Positions 49,574 to 55,059 of a stretch of 64,000 bases of DNA are shown in pieces. This DNA comes from Thermoplasmata archaeon (lineage in GTDB: Archaea > Thermoplasmatota > Thermoplasmata > GCA-020350865): assembly GCA_020348445.1 (NCBI GenBank), contig CP070751.1, positions 4,588,960 through 4,652,959 of the forward strand, in the 5' to 3' direction. The position numbers were made by a program, and so were the translations under genes. The first letter of the stretch is position 1, and every line of letters starts with the position of its first letter. The notes below the pieces were generated by a model. The model was not told the origin of the DNA, searched no databases, and was given only the letters and a program-made list of their open reading frames with translations.

Positions 49574-51523
49574 ATGAATAGGAAGATAGTCGCAGTTTGG
49601 ATTACTGTGATAATGATGGTAAGCACTATTGTTATTATTGTTGAGATTGCACCTAGGATTGAGGCTCCGACAACATGGTATGTCGATGATAGTAATCCCG
49701 GACCTGGAGATGGATCACCGGGCAATCCCTTTAAAACTATTCAGGCTGGTGTGGATAATGCTACTCCTGGGGATACGGTTTATGTTTTTAATGGGACATA
49801 TTATGAGAATCTGGTGGTGAATAAGACGATAAATCTGACTGGGGAAGACAGACATAACACCATAATTGATGGTGGGGGAAATGGGGATGTTGTTTATATA
49901 AATGTAAGTTGGGTGAATATTACAGGATTCACTGTTACTAACGGAGGATGCGGTATTATTCTTGACTCGTCATCGAACAATAATATAACGCACAACAATA
50001 TTTCATCAAATACCGCCCATGGCTTCTACCTCCCGTCATTTTCAAACAACAACATCATAATTGACAATAATTTTTTGAATAATGGGAAAGGCATCTATGT
50101 TTCCATGGGTATCTATCTTTCTACATCATCAGATAATAATATAATAGCGAATAACAATTTTTCATCAAATTACGGCGGTATCCTGATTGATTCATCATCG
50201 AATACCAACATAACTAACAACAATGTTTTAAATAATGAATATGGCATCGTTATTGACTCATCAGAAAACAACATAATTATGGAGAACAACATTTCATTCA
50301 ATAAGTGGTATGGTATCGAGTTTAGCTTTTCATCGAATAATAGCATAATAAATAATAGTGTGACAAACAATGATCATGGCATCTACCTCTATACATCATC
50401 AAACAACATCTTAATAGGTAATAATGTTTCATCGAATGGTGAAGACGGTATCTACCTTTACTTATCATCTAGCAGCAACATAATTGTCACTAACATTGCT
50501 TCAAACAGTTTATTCGGTATCTATATCTCCTCATCATCAAATAACAACACAGTGATGGGTAACAATATATCAAAAAACTTTTACGGTATCTTTCTTCATT
50601 CGTCGTCTAACAATAATGTGACAAATAACCTCGTCAATTTGAATAACGGTATAGGCCTCTTGCTTGATGGGTCATCATATAACAATATCATAGGTAACAC
50701 TTTCTCCTCAAACAAAATTTATGGCATTTATTTAGTAGATTCGAGTAATAATAATACATTCCATCATAATAACATTATAAACAATGTAAACCAGACGATT
50801 TTAGAGAACACCACATGTTTCGATACCAAGTGGGATGATGGTAACGGTAAAGGTAACTACTGGAGTGACTACAAAGGTGTAGACGATGGTAGCAATGGAA
50901 GAACAGCGGGAGATGGTGTTGGTGATACTGAGATTCCACATCCATATACTGATCAGGGGGATGGGTATTACCAATTAGATAATTATCCACTCATAGATAC
51001 TGTTGGGGATTTTATTTTGCTATACGAAGGATGGAACCTCATCTCTATTCCAATGATTCAATCAAATAAAAATCTTGGTATTGTTCTATCCTCCATTACC
51101 GACTTCTATAACTCAGTTCAATGGTATAACACATCCGACACGAATGACCCCTGGAAACACAACCACACTGGAAAACCACAATATTTAAACGATTTAAACA
51201 GCCTCGATAATATTTTAGGTTTCTGGATATACATAACTGAGCCCGATGGGGTTTTATTTGAATACTCCGGCACCCAACCAACCCAAAACCAAACCATTAC
51301 CCTCCACCCAGGTTGGAACATGGTAGGCTATCCATCCCTTTCAAACCACAATCGAACAGTTGGAATGAACAACCTCACATTCGGGGATCATGTGGATGCA
51401 ATCTGGACCTATGATTCTGGAACGCTAAAATGGGAAAAGATGGGTGAATCAGATTATTTTAAGATAGGCAGGGGATATTACATTCATGCCAAGACCAAAT
51501 GTGAGTGGGAAGTTCCTTTGTGA
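49574..51523 (+). CDS. Secreted NosD/beta-helix protein with C-terminal L..GWN domains
   Basis: Signal peptide, PFKTIQAGVDNA, 22-aa repeats, GNYWSDY, LYEGWNLISIP and LHPGWNMVGYP; ATG 49574. Confidence 0.85.
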   Translation: MNRKIVAVWITVIMMVSTIVIIVEIAPRIEAPTTWYVDDSNPGPGDGSPGNPFKTIQAGVDNATPGDTVYVFNGTYYENLVVNKTINLTGEDRHNTIIDGGGNGDVVYINVSWVNITGFTVTNGGCGIILDSSSNNNITHNNISSNTAHGFYLPSFSNNNIIIDNNFLNNGKGIYVSMGIYLSTSSDNNIIANNNFSSNYGGILIDSSSNTNITNNNVLNNEYGIVIDSSENNIIMENNISFNKWYGIEFSFSSNNSIINNSVTNNDHGIYLYTSSNNILIGNNVSSNGEDGIYLYLSSSSNIIVTNIASNSLFGIYISSSSNNNTVMGNNISKNFYGIFLHSSSNNNVTNNLVNLNNGIGLLLDGSSYNNIIGNTFSSNKIYGIYLVDSSNNNTFHHNNIINNVNQTILENTTCFDTKWDDGNGKGNYWSDYKGVDDGSNGRTAGDGVGDTEIPHPYTDQGDGYYQLDNYPLIDTVGDFILLYEGWNLISIPMIQSNKNLGIVLSSITDFYNSVQWYNTSDTNDPWKHNHTGKPQYLNDLNSLDNILGFWIYITEPDGVLFEYSGTQPTQNQTITLHPGWNMVGYPSLSNHNRTVGMNNLTFGDHVDAIWTYDSGTLKWEKMGESDYFKIGRGYYIHAKTKCEWEVPL

Positions 51524-51524
51524 G
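51474..51524 (+). repeat. Left copy of 51-bp direct repeat flanking the tRNA array
   Basis: 46/51 identical to 54758-54808; is the 3' end of the NosD gene. Confidence 0.9.
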
Positions 51525-51611
51525 ACTTTTAGGATTAAATAAAATAAATCAAAGATGGAATAAGAAAACTATTTCATTACAATAGTATTCAATAATAATT
51601 ATAATAAAGAG

Positions 51612-51772
51612 CGGTGACGGCAGGATTCGAACCTGCATGCCCCCGAAGGGACCTGGATATTTGTGGCAAAGACTCCATTCCATCGAATGCATTCGATTCT
51701 GGTGAGCCATAGCATTCTGTTGAATACCATAAGCATTCAAATCCAGTGCGTTTGCCATTTCGCTACGTCACC
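51612..51772 (-). tRNA. tRNA-Ser(TGA) with 77-nt intron at 37/38
   Basis: GGTGACG/CGTCACC acceptor, G73, CTGGA-TTTGAA|A-TCCAG, long variable arm, TTCGAAT; BHB imperfect. Confidence 0.7.
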
Positions 51773-51777
51773 AAATG

Positions 51778-51850
51778 CGCTCCCGATGAGATTCGAACTC
51801 ACGTTGCCTGGTCGAAAGCCAGCCATGCTTGACCTCTACATTACGGGAGC
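51778..51850 (-). tRNA. tRNA-Glu(TTC)
   Basis: GCTCCCG/CGGGAGC acceptor, loop CTTTCGA, TTCGAAT. Confidence 0.85.
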
Positions 51851-51857
51851 ATTATAG

Positions 51858-51931
51858 AGATGGGGGTGAGACTTGCACTCACAATCATCTGATCTGCAGT
51901 CAGAGGCATTCTCTATTTCTGCCAACCCATC
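51858..51931 (-). tRNA. tRNA-Cys(GCA), atypical D and T loops
   Basis: TCTGA-CTGCAGA-TCAGA, U73; T-loop TGCAAGT, D-loop lacks GG. Confidence 0.75.
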
Positions 51932-51934
51932 ATC

Positions 51935-52011
51935 TGGTAGGTGTGCCGGGATTTGAACCTGGAATAACCACCTTGTAAGGGTAGCTGCATTACCTGCAAT
52001 GCTTCACACCC
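51935..52011 (-). tRNA. tRNA-Val(TAC), CCA encoded
   Basis: Loop CTTACAA, TTCAAAT, A73-CCA. Confidence 0.8.
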
Positions 52012-52405
52012 CCCACGATCTCACATGTTCTGCGTAAGGGTGAGAAAGTATCAGCTCAAGGTTCTGCTCCGCAATGAGCACGATCCATAGGAAAAAGAGG
52101 ATTAAAGCCTCGATGTCCTGTTTTGGATGTAATTCTTCCTTTGTAAGTTGAGCCTTGATTTCCCTGAGCTTCTTTTTGTTTCTATGATATCCTATCTTCG
52201 TTTCGGCATGGATTTTGAAGTGGCACCCTCTGCACTTAATCACTGTGTTTTCCAGTGTGTCCAGTCCACCTCTTTTCTTTGGGATCTTGTGATGAATCGT
52301 CAGGTTCTGAGTTATTCCACATTCCGTGCATTGATTGTAATCAAGGACAAGCCTCATTCTCTTAAGAAGAGGCCTTGGTAGTTCCTCTTTCATGTTGTAC
52401 TTCAT
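52004..52405 (-). CDS. HNH endonuclease within tRNA array
   Basis: CxxC...IHHKIP...GG...N....CxxCH..IH; GGTGA RBS before ATG 52405; stop overlaps tRNA-Val 5' end. Confidence 0.85.
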   Translation of the reverse strand: MKYNMKEELPRPLLKRMRLVLDYNQCTECGITQNLTIHHKIPKKRGGLDTLENTVIKCRGCHFKIHAETKIGYHRNKKKLREIKAQLTKEELHPKQDIEALILFFLWIVLIAEQNLELILSHPYAEHVRSWGV

Positions 52406-52429
52406 TTTTTTCACCCTTTCATCTGGGAG

Positions 52430-52503
52430 TGGAATCGGGTGGATTCGAACCACCAGCCTTCTCCTTGCAAGGGAGATGCTCTTTCCAGTTGAGCTACGAT
52501 CCC
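52430..52503 (-). tRNA. tRNA-Ala(TGC)
   Basis: Canonical cloverleaf, G3:U70, loop CTTGCAA. Confidence 0.93.
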
Positions 52504-52507
52504 ATGA

Positions 52508-52675
52508 TGGTGCAGGAGGTAGGATTCGAACCTACGATGTTAGCCCTATGGCGACAGATTTCCCAGAGCAAGTCTTTGAGTTTACTCACCTAAGTTTGCT
52601 CACCTTTAAGTTTGAGCCTCAGAAGAGCGTACCCTTCTTAGTCTGCCCTCTTCGACCATGCTCAAGCACTCCTGC
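52508..52675 (-). tRNA. tRNA-Leu, anticodon AAG as written, 76-nt intron at 37/38, CCA encoded
   Basis: Archaeal Leu-type D arm and variable arm, A73; GCAGA-CTAAGA|A-TCTGT; 7+7 nt BHB geometry. Confidence 0.75.
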
Positions 52676-52683
52676 GTATGAGG

Positions 52684-52755
52684 TGCAAGATACGGGAGTC
52701 GAACCCGTCTCACCTGCTTGGAGGGCAGGTATGTCGCCTCCAACACCTATCTTGC
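52684..52755 (-). tRNA. tRNA-Gly(TCC) with C33
   Basis: CCTGC-CCTCCAA-GCAGG, TTCGACT, perfect acceptor. Confidence 0.8.
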
Positions 52756-52763
52756 ATATGATA

Positions 52764-52835
52764 TGCGCCCGGAGAGCTTCGAACCCTCTTTTCCTCGCTG
52801 GCTACGAGGTAGTCTACCCATTGACTTACGAGCGC
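52764..52835 (-). tRNA. tRNA-Gly(GCC) with A33
   Basis: CCTCG-TAGCCAG-CGAGG; T-loop TTCGAAG; identity less certain. Confidence 0.65.
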
Positions 52836-52850
52836 AGAAGAAAGACCAAA

Positions 52851-52948
52851 TAGGCGTGGGGGGATTCGAACCCCCAATCTCCCCTTTATCAGAAGGGTGC
52901 GTTGACGGCTCATAAGACCGTTGCGATGCCAGGTTACGCCACACGCCT
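52851..52948 (-). tRNA. tRNA-Ile(GAT) with 24-nt insertion forming a second TAT anticodon-like arm
   Basis: AGGCGTG/CACGCCT acceptor, CCCTT-CTGATAA-AGGGG, insert 52903-52926. Confidence 0.75.
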
Positions 52949-52955
52949 ATTCTGA

Positions 52956-53055
52956 TAGTGCCGGGAGGATCCGGCCCTCCATTACCAAGTTTCTTTTAAG
53001 GTCTGTAAACATTCCAAAATCAAAGCCTGGAGTGTTACCATTACACTACGGCACT
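52956..53055 (-). tRNA. tRNA-Gln(TTG) with 29-nt intron at 37/38
   Basis: A1:U72, CCAGG-CTTTGA|A-CTTGG, BHB helix CTTT/AAAG; abnormal T-loop GCCGGAT. Confidence 0.75.
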
Positions 53056-53111
53056 GAAGAAGAAAGATAGAACTAGGACATAGAAGAAGACAAAAGAGAA
53101 TCTTTTTTCCC

Positions 53112-53214
53112 ACCATATCCTAATAAAATCCTTCTTACAGCAAATGGTCTATCTGACCGACAGCTGCGGATGAGAGGAGCACCGAGCTCCGCGTCTCACC
53201 TAATAGGATATGGT
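53112..53214 (-). ncRNA. Candidate structured RNA (multibranch) downstream of internal promoter
   Basis: 11-bp closing stem 53112-53122/53204-53214 with two inner hairpins; strand inferred from TATA at 53244-53252. Confidence 0.5.
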
Positions 53215-53243
53215 ACATTAGCTTCCCCGTATGTAAGAAGTTA

Positions 53244-53252
53244 TATTTATAA
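53244..53252 (-). promoter_or_regulatory. Putative TATA box for third tRNA sub-operon
   Basis: TTATAAATA on minus strand about 30 nt before the structured RNA. Confidence 0.45.
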
Positions 53253-53290
53253 TTTGCAGTTGATTTTGGATTTTTTTATTTCTAATAAAA

Positions 53291-53364
53291 TGGAGAGGAT
53301 GGGATTCGAACCCATGACGACCGGTTCTTCAAACCGGCGAACTCCCATGCTGTTCTACCTCTCC
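53291..53364 (-). tRNA. tRNA-Phe(GAA)
   Basis: Fully paired cloverleaf, loop TTGAAGA. Confidence 0.92.
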
Positions 53365-53369
53365 ATGAA

Positions 53370-53441
53370 TCTGCCCCGGGAGATTCGAACTCCCTCATCA
53401 TGGTCTACAGCCATGCATGCTACCATTGACATCAGGGGCAG
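53370..53441 (-). tRNA. tRNA-Tyr(GTA), archaeal type
   Basis: C1:G72, A73, short variable loop, loop CTGTAGA. Confidence 0.88.
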
Positions 53442-53448
53442 TAAAAAA

Positions 53449-53573
53449 TGAGCCTGGAGGGATTCGAACCCCCGATCTTTCGGATTTCTTCCATTAGAGC
53501 TAAATTCGGATCAGCATAGTAAGTTCTAATGCTAAGAGTCCGCTGCTCTAATTCCTAGCTGAGCTACAGGCCC
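53449..53573 (-). tRNA. tRNA-Lys(CTT) with 47-nt intron at 37/38
   Basis: GCGGA-CTCTTA|A-TCCG; BHB with 7-bp intron stem CATTAGA/TCTAATG. Confidence 0.88.
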
Positions 53574-53577
53574 ATAA

Positions 53578-53653
53578 TGGCGGTAGGGGCCGGACTTGCA
53601 CCGACGTTGGCCTGATTAACAGTCAGGAACCATAGCTTCTCGGCCACCCTACC
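53578..53653 (-). tRNA. tRNA-Asn(GTT), atypical D and T loops, CCA encoded
   Basis: CCTGA-CTGTTAA-TCAGG, G73-CCA; T-loop TGCAAGT, D-loop lacks GG. Confidence 0.8.
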
Positions 53654-53672
53654 AAATCGAATTAGTAAAAAA

Positions 53673-53769
53673 TGGGAAGTGCAGGATTTGAACCTACATC
53701 CAGTGGAATCTTTATTTCTTTAAAAAAACACCCAAACCACCGAGTCTATCCAGGTTAGCCTAACTCCCC
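53673..53769 (-). tRNA. tRNA-Pro(TGG) with 23-nt intron at 37/38
   Basis: GGTGG-TTTGGG|T-CCACT, AT-rich intron hairpin, TTCAAAT. Confidence 0.8.
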
Positions 53770-53789
53770 AAAACAAGTAAGAAAATACC

Positions 53790-53869
53790 TGACACTAATC
53801 CAACACGTTTCGAATCCAAGCCCTATGGCCTAAAGGGCTTATTTGGTTTATATGTTGATGTTTGTGTCA
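53790..53869 (-). ncRNA. Candidate rod-like hairpin RNA downstream of internal promoter
   Basis: Nested stems TGACAC/GTGTCA, CAACA/TGTTG, AAGCCCT/AGGGCTT. Confidence 0.5.
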
Positions 53870-53894
53870 TAAGCGCAGTGTATGTTAGTTTTGT

Positions 53895-53902
53895 TATATA
53901 AA
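53895..53902 (-). promoter_or_regulatory. Putative TATA box for second tRNA sub-operon
   Basis: TTTATATA preceded by A-rich BRE-like run; predicted start about 53871. Confidence 0.5.
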
Positions 53903-54025
53903 ATTTTTTAAGAACCAGCAAGGAAATTCGAAAGTCAGAAACATAGCCTCCGCTAACCCCATTGTCCGATTTATATTTTTGATACATCATGTGTATCTGT
54001 GGGCCTTAATTAGGGCGAATGAAAG

Positions 54026-54158
54026 CGCCCACCGAGGGACTCGAACCCCCACAAACCAGATATCTCCAGAGCGATAATAACGGATATAGAAGTATCACCT
54101 TCCGTAGTTTCACCTTCCTTTCAGGAATCTGGTGCACTATCCATTATACTAGGTGGGC
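54026..54158 (-). tRNA. tRNA-Arg(CCT) with 60-nt intron at 37/38
   Basis: CCAGA-TTCCTG|A-TCTGG, BHB helix TTCC/GGAG, A20 in D-loop, G73. Confidence 0.85.
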
Positions 54159-54165
54159 ATATGAG

Positions 54166-54240
54166 CGGTCAGGAGGGGATTTGAACCCCTATCAAAGGAG
54201 TGACAGTCCAGTATGCTAACCTGTTTTACACCACCTGACC
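54166..54240 (-). tRNA. tRNA-Asp(GTC)
   Basis: Loop CTGTCAC, G73, TTCAAAT; anticodon stem only 3 bp. Confidence 0.75.
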
Positions 54241-54246
54241 ATTAGA

Positions 54247-54315
54247 TGGGTTGGATAGGATTTGCACCCATGTTGGCGGTTTTGGAGACCGACGTATTCT
54301 GGCATTGCTCAACCC
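54247..54315 (-). tRNA. tRNA-Trp(CCA) with reduced D-arm
   Basis: CGGT-CTCCAAA-ACCG; T-loop TGCAAAT; only about 69 nt. Confidence 0.6.
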
Positions 54316-54322
54316 ATGAGGA

Positions 54323-54393
54323 TGGGAAAAGTAGGAATCGAACCCACAATAAGAGAGTCACAGTCTCCCGGTTTACCATTAACCTATTTCCCC
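54323..54393 (-). tRNA. tRNA-His(GTG), atypical acceptor end
   Basis: GGAGA-CTGTGAC-TCTCT, GGTT/AACC D-stem, TTCGATT; A73 rather than C73. Confidence 0.75.
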
Positions 54394-54442
54394 TTCACGA
54401 ATCTTTTAAAATAATCTGATGAGCTTCCTTTTTTTAAGTAGA

Positions 54443-54514
54443 TAACGAGAGGGGAATCGAACCCACCAACATCGGGTCATGGGCCCGACGGTTTTCCAAT
54501 TAGCCTATCTCGAT
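54443..54514 (-). tRNA. tRNA-Met(CAT), initiator-like
   Basis: A1:U72, three G:C pairs TCGGG/CCCGA, loop CCCATGA (C33); irregular T-stem. Confidence 0.75.
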
Positions 54515-54532
54515 ATGCAGAACTTAAAAAGA

Positions 54533-54607
54533 AGCCACCGGCGGGAATCGAACCTGCGTGGTCTTTCTTACAAGGAAAGTGCAAAAGCCAACATTTGCTA
54601 CGGTGGC
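54533..54607 (-). tRNA. tRNA-Thr(TGT)
   Basis: GCCACCG/CGGTGGC, U73, CTTTC-CTTGTAA-GAAAG. Confidence 0.9.
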
Positions 54608-54619
54608 AGAAAGTTCGAG

Positions 54620-54686
54620 CTACATCAGAAAATTATTGCGAGTGCGTGGCCTTCGTCTATGCCACTTTCTCGTATCTGTGATGTAG
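54620..54686 (-). ncRNA. Candidate rod-like hairpin RNA at head of tRNA array
   Basis: Nested stems CTACATCA/TGATGTAG, CGAG/CTCG, GTGGC/GCCAC. Confidence 0.5.
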
Positions 54687-54732
54687 TTATTCATGTTACC
54701 ACCGAATTAAGCATCGGTTATGTAAGATATGG

Positions 54733-54748
54733 TATTTAAATTTACCGA
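54733..54748 (-). promoter_or_regulatory. Putative BRE/TATA promoter of the tRNA array
   Basis: Minus strand TCGGTAAA-TTTAAATA upstream of first tRNA. Confidence 0.6.
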
Positions 54749-54757
54749 AAGGTAAAA

Positions 54758-54808
54758 GATATTACATCCACGCCAAGACAAAATATGAGTGGGAAGTTCC
54801 ATTGTGAG
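54758..54808 (+). pseudogene. Orphan 3' end (about 16 codons + stop) of a NosD-gene paralogue; right copy of the 51-bp repeat
   Basis: Encodes YYIHAKTKYEWEVPL* versus YYIHAKTKCEWEVPL* at 51474; 4 of 5 differences synonymous. Confidence 0.8.
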
Positions 54809-54861
54809 TTTTTTAGAAAAAACCAACAGTTCCCCATCCAATCCAATCTCTTAGTCGTCAT

Positions 54862-55005
54862 TGGGCGCGCAAAAAGGGGCTTGTCGGTGGATTGGGAGGT
54901 CAGGGGAAACGGTGGAGATGGGTTACGGGTAGGGTTGGATTTTTTGGTGATTGATCAGGCAATAACGCTCGTATTTCGTATACAATCTGCGGGTGTTAAC
55001 GCTCT
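54862..55005. repeat. Composite repeat copy 11 (A plus B units)
   Basis: Module A variant at 54865, TAACGCTC units from 54963. Confidence 0.88.
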
Positions 55006-55059
55006 TATCCTGTCAATAATATATTGTAATTGAAAGAATGAGGGAAATATTATAATGAA

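Noticed and set aside
51612-51772. tRNA with TGA as selenocysteine or opal suppressor
   Set aside because: TGA is the anticodon (reads UCA, Ser); tRNA-Sec would have anticodon TCA
52170-52200. CRGCH in the HNH protein as a haem-binding site
   Set aside because: Part of the Zn-binding HNH fold in a protein with no export signal
51549-54739. Short ORFs listed across the tRNA array other than the HNH gene
   Set aside because: They overlap recognisable tRNA genes and have no protein motifs
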